IMG/VR virus record: IMGVR_UViG_3300035180_001452 | Coordinates: 32,001-96,000 of that record | Length of the DNA stretch: 64,000 bases | Origin: a virus | Direction: 5' to 3' (one strand) | Shown: positions 1-10,600 of the stretch, piece after piece | Position numbering within the stretch: position 1 is the stretch's first letter | Layout of the letters: the number at the start of each line of letters is the position of its first letter | Made by a program: the position numbers and the translations under genes | Notes under the pieces: model-generated | What the model was told of the DNA's origin: nothing | Seen by the model: the letters and a program-made list of their open reading frames with translations, nothing else | Database searches by the model: none

Positions 1-3000
1 GTTATTATATTGCCATCGACCAGCTGATACTGCTGATACTAAATCCCAAGATGGCCTGAACAATTCTCCTATAATATTTCTAGGCTCTTTACCATGAAGA
101 GCAAAGATTCCAGTATTTTGAAACATGTTGTGCTCTTTTTGTTTTTGTACTGAACTATCATATATCATATAGGAGTCTGTATCTGGAAACGGCTTCATAA
201 GTTCTATGGCATCACCTAAGGCTATTACTTGACAATACCTATCTGCTACAGGTACTTCTGATATCACACCATTAAACTTTACAGGGTACTTAGATGCATC
301 ACTATTTCCTGTATAGTAAGTTGTTCCTCTTCTTCTAGCAAACCACGTGCCATTAGGCGTGGTTGGACACCACACTATCCCAGTATGTTTTATCTTTACC
401 GGGAAGTGCTCTCCAACTTTAAGGTGTGGGGTATTACTAAAGGTTAGTATATATTCTAGACAGTTTGCTTTTCTGTTATACCGCTGGCGAAGGTTAGTCT
501 TCTTACCAGCAAGAATACAAGCAAGCTCTATAGGAACTAGTTTCTCTGGTTCTTTTTGTATTATAGAACCTTCTTCCTTATCTAGATCTTTACCAGCTAT
601 TACTCGTAGTAAAATCTCTAGCTGACCTAGCGTTAGTTCTTTTATCCAGTCTGAGGAGATTATTTTTCTAGGAGCAATTTCTAGTAGATCTTTAGAAGCA
701 GAACGACTTAAGCAGAAGAACGGAATATCCTTATACGAGCCTTTCTTTTCCGTCCATCTAGGAGGAGAGTTCTTTGTACTTGGACCTCCCTTACTAAGAG
801 ACGAGGAGATAGGCCCAAATAGTTTTTCTAGTAGATGGCTTATTCTATTACGACTTTCGTTACTTAGTCTTGCTCTCTTAGCTAGCTCAACCTGCTTTCT
901 GTCTTGGTTAGGCTTTATAGTTCCTGCTACTATAAACCATCCTACTAGTTCTACTAGCTCGTCAGAATACTTTTTATCCTTAGGTAAATCATTATTAACC
1001 GCTGCTACAGGAATACTTTCGCTAGGCAACAGCTCTTTAGACGTAGTCCACTTCCTAGCTACGGATTCATCTTTCCCGGTATCTAAATTAATAACAGGCC
1101 ACTTATGATCTAATGTAGTAAGAGAGGAGTGCTTAGGCCCATCTAGATATAGTAAATCCTCTCCTTCTACATCGTAGACGTTAACTCTAGATACTTGTTG
1201 CCACTCAGACTTTCCTGTGCTATGGTTTAGTGTAAGAACAGTGTCTCCTTCTTTTAGGTCTGTGTACTTACACCAGCCATTACTGGTTAATATTTCAGTT
1301 TCTTCATCCGCACAACCGTACCCTAGCCGTATATGTAGCCTAGCTCCTGGTCTAAGCATCATAGATCTTGCCCATTGGCTCCAACGTCTTTCTAGATCTT
1401 CTCCTATAAGTCCTGAAAGGAACTGTGATACACCACTAGTAACAGCCTCCATAGTCCACGTATTTATAGTGTTTTGTCTATCTTCAAGAGCTACACTTGT
1501 AGCGGTTGATGTGAGCTTACCGTATAAGTTTGAAAATGTTATAGTAGCTACATCTACCGGATCTTTTCTAGACTGTACTATGTCTATAGAATTTATTCCA
1601 TGGGCTCCGTACATATGATCCCATACTCTTTCTACTCCAATCCACCTACCACCATCAACTATAACTACTAAGTACGCTGGGAAAGCTCCAACTAGTCTGC
1701 TTTCATGTGACTTATTCCTAAGATCATTAAACATATTTCTAATTCTATTAGTAATATTACCTATATCATCATCGGATTCTAGTTTTATATCAAAATTATT
1801 ATCATCAGCAGATATTTCTACGTTATACTTTTTTGTATAGTCCTCAGGCATTTTAGCCATGTAGCTGTATAGCACACCATTACCACCATCAACACATCCA
1901 GGTGGAAGATCTTTCTTGAGAATTTTAGAATAGTGCTCTTCACCTTCCATTGTCCTCCACGAGCCATCTACAGGAATAAGCTCCTCTTCGTGTACATCAT
2001 ATGCATCATACTCAGAAAAAGCGGATTTTGGTATAAATGATGCTTCAAAACATAGTCTTGTTATATCATAAATCTTAATTTTTCTATTCATAAGATCATT
2101 TAGTAACTTTGTCTTATATGGTTCTGGTACTTTAGCTTTTGTTAAAACGTTATAATAACTATCATGTCTTTTCCTTTCTCCATTACTTGCACTTGGAGTA
2201 TTATGTAGAGAAGATACATTTCCTCCTTGATTCCACCAGTCTTTCATTTCTCGTATATCGTCAACATAATTCTGAGCCTCAGAAGACATATGACCTCTAG
2301 CTACTGTACCTGTTCCAGATAAATGCGCCCATAAAGCTTTTCTAACATCACCATTATACTTTTCTAGGTATCCAGCTATTCTAGCTATTCCTACAGTTAC
2401 ATTGACTATAGGATCTTCTAGATTATATATGTTATGGTTTTTACTAAACCCACTATTTACCAAAAATGATTTTACTGCATTAACATCGTCTTTATTAAGC
2501 TGCATTAAACCTATATAACCTTTTTCATTTGCAGATAAAGATCTACCGTCAGACTCTCTAAGTATTATTCCTACTATCAAACCATCATCTAGTCCTTTTA
2601 CATTATTAAAGTATCTCTGCCTAATTTCACTAATCTGATTTCGTATAGGACTAGTTATTCTATTGACTCCGCCCACATGAGCTGAAATACCTGTTGGTCT
2701 CGAATACTTAGATCTATCTACTCCATTAGCAGCTGGTACATTACTATTGCTAGATGCAGAGGCTTTATTAGCAGCTGGTACATTACTATTGCTAGATGCA
2801 GAGTCTTCATCATCATCTTGTGTATCTTCTTTATTTCTACTTCTAGCTCTAGCATCTAGTACCTTGTCATAGTACTCCTTTAGTCGCTTCTCTTGATACT
2901 TCCTAAATTTCTTATCCTTATCTTTAATATAGTCGTTAGGTGGCTCCTCCTCTTCTTCAAATTTTTTTCCGGGAGTAAGAAAGAACCTGCCTCCAAAGTC

Positions 3001-5895
3001 ATCATAGCATAATAGGCTACCAAAACCGGGGCTAGTCTCTCCAATATTAGTATCTAATAACTCCTTAGTTATTTTTCTTGGATCTTTATGTGGCGGGCAG
3101 TAAAAGTCAGGATCCACGTATCCTAATGGATCTCCTGAAATATCTAGTAAAGTTATTGTTTCTAAGTTATCTTTAGATAGATCTATATTCTTTAGCATAG
3201 AAGCTAAATAATGCTCTCCCTCTACACCTCCTGCTGCGCGTCCCGTACTATAAAAATACTTAAGTAGACTAATCCAATAGTCTAGTTTTCTATTTGAAGG
3301 AAGGTACATATCTGGGTACAGTTCTATCATACGAAGTCTAGTAGCTAGTGTAGATGATTTCCACATTCTATCTATAGGAGATTCTCCTATTTTTTCTATA
3401 AGAATGTCTTTATAGTTATTGGTAGTTTTATTTATAATCTTTTTTATATCTTCTGGAGTATTACCACTATATGGTTCAGGAACTATATCTTTATATTTAG
3501 GGTTATGCATCAATTTAACAATAACCCTATCCATTTCGTCAAACTCTTCTCTGTTTCTTTGTGCTGGTCTAAACTCCATCAGGTCTAATTGAAAACTATA
3601 TACATGTGGGTACCCTTCCATAGTAGAAATGGACAGACTAATAGGAATAAAATTGCTTACTCCTAATGTATTTAGAATAGTATTATCTATAGTCATAAAG
3701 CCTGCGTAAGGAATGTTCCAAGGTCTTGGTCTCCATTCTCTCGCAACTTTTCTTACTGTCTCTACCATATTAGTAAGCAGGTCTACATCGTCCTCACCGA
3801 CTAGAGTCCCTTGTATTGATACAAAGGCATCTCCACTACCAAGATACTGATGTTTAGGTAAAGGATCTTGTTGTACCTGCTGAGTAGCCAGGTTTGTAGT
3901 AAACTGAACCGAAATATTACTTATTACAGATTCTGGAGATAGTGTATATTCATCCATATCAGCAATACTTATTTCTGGTTCATCGCTTCTATCAATTCTC
4001 TGAGCTATATATGCCCATATAGAAGAATTTCTTGGTACTAGAAAATAAGGGGAGTTATTATAAACCGCATCTGATTTATACGTTTCTGTTTTTAACAGAT
4101 CGTATATATTTTTAGATATCGCTAACTTTTCAGAATCTTTTAGCCCACCATTAGGAAGCAGTTCTATCTGTTCAAAGGATTTATTTTTAACTGCCTCCTG
4201 TATACTTTTACTGCCTATAAGCTTATAGCTAGAATAGGCTGTTATAAGCGGGTCTTGTAAAGCCTTAATAATATTTCTAGCTAGCTTAAACTTAACTAGC
4301 GCATAGTCCTGACCATCAAGCTTTAAAGTTATTAGGTCTCGTCCATCTTCAAGTTTATATACAGAACTAGTATCAAGATCTATTATATTCGATACTATAA
4401 GAGCTATAGTAGCATCATCATCCATTATAAAGGTGTGTCCTTTAGAATCCTTCTTTTCTATATCTACTAGAGTAGGATTCTTATTAGAATATCTAGCCTC
4501 TAAAGTATCGTTATTAGGTATAAGAAATGTAGTGTCACCTGCTATAGAATCTACTGCTGGCTTGGGTCCTCTTACATTATCATTTCCATACGTGTCTTCA
4601 CACCAAGCCCTGAATAATGGCCAACACCACGAATCACCAAAGCTATCATTCTCCGGTAAATACTGCCACCAGGCAAATGGTTCAGCTATTATCCTAACTG
4701 CAACTCCTTCAGGTGTACTGTCTAAAGTTTCTAGATGGAACTCCTTTATTGCAATAGCGCTTATATTCCAGTCTTCATTAAGATATACATTCTCAATAGG
4801 AAGAAACGGAGTTCTATTGTACTGCTGCATTAAAGGTATAACTACTGAGTTATACTGATCCTGTCCTATAGCAGTAAAAGATATCTGTATTTGGGTTATG
4901 GTATTATAATCGACTGCTTTAATAGATCCTTGATTTCTTAGAATCTCTATATTATCCATACCATTATCTGTTCTAATGGCAATGGACTGCGGAGGTATCA
5001 TAAGATTAGTATATCCTATTCGAGTATAGGACTCTGGGTGTAGAAACTGCTCCTCGTCCTGTGCTAGTTCTATAGGCATTACTACATGTTTTCTTTCAGG
5101 CCTATCTTTACTAGAAGCCTGGTCACTACTAATAGAATCTAAAAACTCTTTCTCTGCTTCTACTAATATATCATTAGGGCTAGGAAACGCTGCTGAAGAG
5201 AAAGAATGTCCTGCTTTTAACATCTGATTCATTACTCTATCAATAATAGCTCTATCCTCTTCAGCAGTTCTTGTTCTACTATTTATTGGATTTTTTGCAA
5301 CAAGTATTAGTCCTAAGTTCTTTGGAGATCTATTTATAGAGCTAGTGGTTTGTATAATATCAGTAATGTCAGTACTATTAGAGTTATTGCTATTAGAACC
5401 CTTACCACTAGACCTCATATCTATTATGCTTTTAGGTGAAGAAGTCGAAGTTGATATATAGCTATCTGCTAGCTTAATCTCTACCCTACCTTTTTGTTCA
5501 ACGAGATACTTAGCTATAGTAGGACTAGATGATTTTGCTGGTAAGGTAATCTCTATACTATAGAAATTACCGGGGACTAGTTCTCTGGTCGCGTTGTAGG
5601 CTTGGTTAAGCTTAATCTTTCTTACTAAAACATTGCTACTCTTAAATAGGGATTGTTCGGGCTCGCACTCCCATATAACACCACCAAGATCTATGGGAGA
5701 GCTATTAAATATGGAATAGCTGTTATCTGATACCGATATACCAGCCCGTGGATAACTATCTATAGTAGCGCTGTCGGCTTCTATACTAAATGCGCTAGTA
5801 GCACCATTTGAATTATTATCTAGGGGATAGTCATTAATGCTAGAAACATTAAAATACCCAAACCCATCTTCTACTTTAGTTAGTAGCGCATACAC
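1..5895 (-). CDS. Large baseplate-hub/tail-associated protein with lytic transglycosylase domain and intein (partial, runs off window start)
   Basis: GTG start at 5895 behind AAAAGGG. Frame checked by hand at several points down to base 1, and the track lists no minus-strand ORF here, consistent with no internal stop. SLT motifs IILRESDG...GYIGLMQL...DPIVNV at ~2580-2330. Extein junction LRPGARLHIRLGYG/SDASKYPVKFNG. Lies downstream of the tail genes. Confidence 0.8.
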   Translation of the reverse strand, partial: MYALLTKVEDGFGYFNVSSINDYPLDNNSNGATSAFSIEADSATIDSYPRAGISVSDNSYSIFNSSPIDLGGVIWECEPEQSLFKSSNVLVRKIKLNQAYNATRELVPGNFYSIEITLPAKSSSPTIAKYLVEQKGRVEIKLADSYISTSTSSPKSIIDMRSSGKGSNSNNSNSTDITDIIQTTSSINRSPKNLGLILVAKNPINSRTRTAEEDRAIIDRVMNQMLKAGHSFSSAAFPSPNDILVEAEKEFLDSISSDQASSKDRPERKHVVMPIELAQDEEQFLHPESYTRIGYTNLMIPPQSIAIRTDNGMDNIEILRNQGSIKAVDYNTITQIQISFTAIGQDQYNSVVIPLMQQYNRTPFLPIENVYLNEDWNISAIAIKEFHLETLDSTPEGVAVRIIAEPFAWWQYLPENDSFGDSWCWPLFRAWCEDTYGNDNVRGPKPAVDSIAGDTTFLIPNNDTLEARYSNKNPTLVDIEKKDSKGHTFIMDDDATIALIVSNIIDLDTSSVYKLEDGRDLITLKLDGQDYALVKFKLARNIIKALQDPLITAYSSYKLIGSKSIQEAVKNKSFEQIELLPNGGLKDSEKLAISKNIYDLLKTETYKSDAVYNNSPYFLVPRNSSIWAYIAQRIDRSDEPEISIADMDEYTLSPESVISNISVQFTTNLATQQVQQDPLPKHQYLGSGDAFVSIQGTLVGEDDVDLLTNMVETVRKVAREWRPRPWNIPYAGFMTIDNTILNTLGVSNFIPISLSISTMEGYPHVYSFQLDLMEFRPAQRNREEFDEMDRVIVKLMHNPKYKDIVPEPYSGNTPEDIKKIINKTTNNYKDILIEKIGESPIDRMWKSSTLATRLRMIELYPDMYLPSNRKLDYWISLLKYFYSTGRAAGGVEGEHYLASMLKNIDLSKDNLETITLLDISGDPLGYVDPDFYCPPHKDPRKITKELLDTNIGETSPGFGSLLCYDDFGGRFFLTPGKKFEEEEEPPNDYIKDKDKKFRKYQEKRLKEYYDKVLDARARSRNKEDTQDDDEDSASSNSNVPAANKASASSNSNVPAANGVDRSKYSRPTGISAHVGGVNRITSPIRNQISEIRQRYFNNVKGLDDGLIVGIILRESDGRSLSANEKGYIGLMQLNKDDVNAVKSFLVNSGFSKNHNIYNLEDPIVNVTVGIARIAGYLEKYNGDVRKALWAHLSGTGTVARGHMSSEAQNYVDDIREMKDWWNQGGNVSSLHNTPSASNGERKRHDSYYNVLTKAKVPEPYKTKLLNDLMNRKIKIYDITRLCFEASFIPKSAFSEYDAYDVHEEELIPVDGSWRTMEGEEHYSKILKKDLPPGCVDGGNGVLYSYMAKMPEDYTKKYNVEISADDNNFDIKLESDDDIGNITNRIRNMFNDLRNKSHESRLVGAFPAYLVVIVDGGRWIGVERVWDHMYGAHGINSIDIVQSRKDPVDVATITFSNLYGKLTSTATSVALEDRQNTINTWTMEAVTSGVSQFLSGLIGEDLERRWSQWARSMMLRPGARLHIRLGYGCADEETEILTSNGWCKYTDLKEGDTVLTLNHSTGKSEWQQVSRVNVYDVEGEDLLYLDGPKHSSLTTLDHKWPVINLDTGKDESVARKWTTSKELLPSESIPVAAVNNDLPKDKKYSDELVELVGWFIVAGTIKPNQDRKQVELAKRARLSNESRNRISHLLEKLFGPISSSLSKGGPSTKNSPPRWTEKKGSYKDIPFFCLSRSASKDLLEIAPRKIISSDWIKELTLGQLEILLRVIAGKDLDKEEGSIIQKEPEKLVPIELACILAGKKTNLRQRYNRKANCLEYILTFSNTPHLKVGEHFPVKIKHTGIVWCPTTPNGTWFARRRGTTYYTGNSDASKYPVKFNGVISEVPVADRYCQVIALGDAIELMKPFPDTDSYMIYDSSVQKQKEHNMFQNTGIFALHGKEPRNIIGELFRPSWDLVSAVSAGRWQYNN
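304..1314 (-). mobile_element. Intein (337 aa) in baseplate-hub-like protein
   Basis: N-terminal CADEETEILTSNGW, C-terminal VWCPTTPNGTWFARRRGTTYYTGN followed by Ser+1. Degenerate LAGLIDADG-like block ELVELVGWFIVAG. Confidence 0.9.
2725..2803. repeat. Tandem duplication, 42-bp period, in linker beside the SLT domain
   Basis: ATTAGCAGCTGGTACATTACTATTGCTAGATGCAGAG at 2725 and 2767 (peptide SASSNSNVPAAN twice). Confidence 0.9.
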
Positions 5896-5911
5896 ACGAA
5901 CCCTTTTCTGA

Positions 5912-7654
5912 TTAAGCGACATTTCTCTTTAGTCTCCTAACTAATATCCTATCCAGCTTTTTTGTACTTACTGCACCGTCTGATATTTTAACATGAACAT
6001 GGCTCTTCACTGGAGATATAACCGCCTCCTGTCTATGCTCATGTACTATATCAGAATCCATAGAGGGTTCTGATACTATATTTATTTCGTTGCTTACTTC
6101 TGGCATAGGAGTATGTAATGCAGAATCTTTCTTACCATATACTTCAGGAGCCTTTACGGCTGTACTATCAAAAGCAATTCTGTTGGAATACTCCTTGCCG
6201 GAAAGCATACTTTGTATCTGTCGTTTATCTAGTTTTACTAGATTCTTTTTTTCTTTAGGACTAAGAAATACCCTTTGTTCTGTTGCACTGGAAGAACTTT
6301 TTATGGGGGAGGCACTAAGTTCTTGTGATACCTCTTTTAAGTTAATCCCTCTTTTTCTTAGCTTGGAACTTAGTCTATCAGTTCTTAGCCAGTTAGATAT
6401 CTCTCTTTTACTAACGGCATACTTATCAAATACTCTACGCATTATACTATCTAAATTTTCATAGGCAGTATTTTTATATGTAGAGGCTAACTTCATTTCT
6501 GCCAGTACGGCTGATTTTATTGGATTAGATATTCTTCTCTTAACTGTTTTGCTTACAATTCTTTCTGCATATTCAGCGGCTCTTCTAACATCAACAACTG
6601 ATGAATCTTTATATGTTCCTAGTCTATTTGCCTGCTCTCTTGACGCTGGTCCTTTCTCTCCAACCCCAGCATGGCCATATGCATGTCTACTAGATCTGTA
6701 ACTTGCATCTACAACATTTGCTATTTGGTTAAGCACTAGTCTAGTAGCACTAAAAGCCATTATATCAATAATAGGACCGCCTATTTCTTGAAATATAGGA
6801 GTTAGTTTTCGTACAGTATCTGCTCCTAACTTATTCTCTAGCTTTCCTATTGGTATAGCTTTATTGCCAATACCCTCCAATATCTTAATATCTTTTTCCC
6901 ACTCAGCAGCCTTATTAGTAAACCATGAGCTATCTAGGCTATTGCCAATCCATTTATATAAATCCGATCCTCTGCTGACAATTCCACCAGCAATATTTCT
7001 AGCAGTAGGACTTGATAGAGCAGCTCTACCAAATGCTCTAGATAAAGGATAAGATACTATCTCATGAAGAGCAAATGGTAACGATCTTATAATTCCTCCA
7101 GGACTTCTATTATCCTCTTTATAGTCTATATAAGCTCCTATAGACCTTCCTATTCCATAGTATAAACCAAATACAGGATAAGCATTAGCTGTAGTAAATA
7201 CAGATGCTAAAGATCTAGCTATAAATGGATCTCCTACAGACTGACTAAATGCAATTCCAGCTGATCCAAGTATAGGTATGCCTAATCCAATCGCTCCACC
7301 TATATTAGCATAGCTAGCAGCCTTATGAGGATCTACTCTTGACTGCTCTTCATAGGTTCCTAACCACTCTGACATGGTTCTAGAAGCAGGACCTTTTTCT
7401 CCTACACCCCAGTGACCATAGGCTAGCCTATGAGAATACTGTAAGGATGAATCTATACTAGGAAGTTCTCTTGGTACAAACTCTAATAAATATCTTAGAG
7501 GAGTCATACGTACAGGAGACTCCATACGGAAGTTACCAAGATGTGTTCCTACTATTTTCCTGGCAGACTCTGGATATGGTTGAGTATTCCAACCAATGTC
7601 TGATTTATTTATATAGGTTCCGCGTACCGACCGGTCATCAAATACACTAGCCAT
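5912..7654 (-). CDS. Hypothetical virion-associated protein with internal repeat
   Basis: 580 aa. Two copies of AYGHxGVGEKGPASR..LGTY...S.VD...AA.YA and Gly/Ala-rich hydrophobic segments. Confidence 0.6.
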   Translation of the reverse strand: MASVFDDRSVRGTYINKSDIGWNTQPYPESARKIVGTHLGNFRMESPVRMTPLRYLLEFVPRELPSIDSSLQYSHRLAYGHWGVGEKGPASRTMSEWLGTYEEQSRVDPHKAASYANIGGAIGLGIPILGSAGIAFSQSVGDPFIARSLASVFTTANAYPVFGLYYGIGRSIGAYIDYKEDNRSPGGIIRSLPFALHEIVSYPLSRAFGRAALSSPTARNIAGGIVSRGSDLYKWIGNSLDSSWFTNKAAEWEKDIKILEGIGNKAIPIGKLENKLGADTVRKLTPIFQEIGGPIIDIMAFSATRLVLNQIANVVDASYRSSRHAYGHAGVGEKGPASREQANRLGTYKDSSVVDVRRAAEYAERIVSKTVKRRISNPIKSAVLAEMKLASTYKNTAYENLDSIMRRVFDKYAVSKREISNWLRTDRLSSKLRKRGINLKEVSQELSASPIKSSSSATEQRVFLSPKEKKNLVKLDKRQIQSMLSGKEYSNRIAFDSTAVKAPEVYGKKDSALHTPMPEVSNEINIVSEPSMDSDIVHEHRQEAVISPVKSHVHVKISDGAVSTKKLDRILVRRLKRNVA

Positions 7655-7657
7655 TTT

Positions 7658-10600
7658 CTACCTCAACAGCTTTTTTGCTATTTTATTAGCTTCTTGTTTA
7701 GTAATCTTTCTTCTATCATTAGAAATGACATGGCTTTTATCTGAGGCTCCAGTAGAATGCATATCTATAGCAGCATGAACCGCATTTACTATTTCATTAG
7801 GATCTACGTTACTATCTACAACACCCTTTATTCTTCCATGTATTGATTTGTGTATAGGAACTTCCTTTCGTACTACTCTATTATCCATCTTGGGCTCATT
7901 GATTTGGTCGTCTTCTGTCAATATACTAGGAGCTGACTTACGTATGCCAATACGAGAAGACATGACTCCTAGAGTAAGTAGAGCCCCTCCTATGGCTAGT
8001 ACGCCTGAACCCTTAAGTAATCCTCGTAGTTTATTTCCTAAATTATCCATACTTGATGGCATTATTCCAGAAATAAATTTACCAAAGTCTTCTGCCTTAC
8101 CAGAATTTATTATCCATGCCTGACCCACAGCATTAGCAGACCTAGCAACAGATGGCCCCTTTGGTGCGCTATTCGCTATTGCAGCATTGGCTGCAGCAAC
8201 TGTAGCCTTAGCAACTGACGGACCGTTTTGAGTACTATTTGCTACAGCAGCACTAGCTATATTAGCCGCACCTTTATTGACAGTACCACCTACAGCAGTT
8301 CTAGTTGCTTTAGCTGTAGCTTTAGTAGCTGCTCTACCCACAGCATTACCGCCTATTGAAGTCGGTGCTCCACCAACCGCTCTTGGTTCAGCGTTACCAA
8401 AATACCTATGTACTGCTTCATAAAACATATTATTAGTATAGCTACTTTTATCTAACTCTTCTAATATTTTATCTTTTGCTTTACTTGCTAGAAGATCTCT
8501 TAGGTAGTATGACTTTCCTCCAAGAGGTACGATAGCTTCTCCAATATTTCTGGTAATACCGTTAACTTCTACTGGCTGTATACTACCTTTTGTTATTCCT
8601 TTAATAGATTCAGACATATCTTGCCAATTAAGTACTCTTTTTATTTCCTGTCTTTGTATGTCTGTAAGAAATCCACCATTAGCTCCATATCTAGATTCTT
8701 CAATATCTCTTATTAGTATCTTAGCAAGCTGTGTTTGTCCCTTAGCTCCATGAATTGATACCACCTGTCTTGGTGTTAGGTTAAGAACTGATGGTGCGTA
8801 TTCTCCAGACATAAAAGCATTAGGTATCTCTAAGCTAGAAAGTCTAAGACCTGCTTGTCTAAGTTCAGGATTGGCTTTATACATAGCTTCTTCTTCGCTA
8901 CGTATCATTTTGCTTAGCTCTGCAGGATCGTGTATTCTTTTCTGGAAGTTATTTAGGTAATCGAGCATTATACTTCTATTAACAGCTCTGCTTTTATATC
9001 CTCTTTGTTCTATTCCTTTCCACCAAAGAACTCCCTCAAACTCATTGTTAAGAGACGGGTTCGTAGCAAGCTGCTTCTCCATATTTGTCTGCATATAGCT
9101 TCTTATACCAAACGCTAAATTTCTAGTTGCGTCCATTCCAAGCTCAAGAGACACATTGTCAGGTACACCAGCAGCTTTTCTAATTAGATCTACTACACTC
9201 TTCCCTTCAAACTTAAAGTTGTTTTCTATTAGATGTCTTGATAAAATTTCCCTATATGCTACTTGATTATTTCTAAATACTCCTCCGTTCTCAAAGAACC
9301 CAATTAGGTCTTGTTCATTAGCAACTTTTCCTAGGGCTGTTCTCATTATTCCTAAAGCTTTACCGGGATCGTTTTCGTGTGCTCTATAGAAAGTTCTGAG
9401 TACGAATTCTTCGATGCCATACTTAGTAAGCTGTGGAGTTGCTAGTCTTATTCTATATGAGTTAGTTATATCTGGAGTTATGGTCCATTCATGGAAAGGC
9501 TTTTGTGCTACCTCTTTCGCAAAATTAAACAAAGCCCCTTCAGTATTCTGTGCTCCATATACCTCTTTCCAACGAAGCCTGATTAAGTGCTGGGCCTGCT
9601 CTGCATTTATACTACCAGCTTTCATTTCTTTATCTATTAGATTAAAGAATGGTCTATCATATATTTTATATTGGTTATTAAACCAATCTAAACCAGATCT
9701 ATACTGTCTACGTATTCTAGGGTCCTTAAGAAACTGCGTATCAATCCACTTTAGTCTTTCTCTAAGCTCTGGGCTATCACTACTTTCTACGTACTGTGCA
9801 AAAGCATCTCTGGTAACCTTAAGTTTTTCTTCTGGAACTTCGGCCAGTTTCATCTTCCATTCAATATCTTCAAACCCAAACTTACCAGTTCCACTCCTTT
9901 CACCAGACAGTATCTCATGTATTCTTCTATTAAATAGATCTTTAGCAATTCTATCTTCTTCTTTTGCTACTTGTGTAGTATTAAGATTAGCTTCCCTAAG
10001 ATTTTGTAGAACTGTAGATAGCTGCAGAGCATCTTCTGCAAATACTGTTCTTCTAGTGGTAGTATTTGCGTCTACTAGATCTACAGCCCACTGTTCACCC
10101 CCGGTACTTGGATCTATGCCTTTTCTAATACTTTCTACAGCTAGCATTCTATTGCTAATATCTACTGGAATGTTATTACCATACGGGTCTCTCATTCTAG
10201 TGGGGTGGCCATATAGTATTTTATCTTTAAACTCTTCTGCAGATAACTGATGCCACTTGCTAATATCAACTTTTAGATAGTCATTAACTCCCGCTTCCAT
10301 AACCTTAGCAGTTAATAAAGCATCTTCTGCACCGGTGTGAGACTGTGCTCCTTTTAGTATGCCTCTTCTTGCTGCTGCGGTAGATAAAGCCTGGAAGCCA
10401 CCTTCAGGAGCTATAGCAGACTCAAGGAACATCACGTTTATAGCTCTATTTTTATTAGCTTCTACAAACGTATTATAGGCTTTCTCCATCTCTGCTAGTC
10501 TTTTAACTAGTTGTGCAGCCTCAGGAGTTGTAGGTACTTGAGATGCTCCTGCTGCCATTTCAGCTATTTCTGCTTTTATACGATCTTGATGCTTTTTAGC

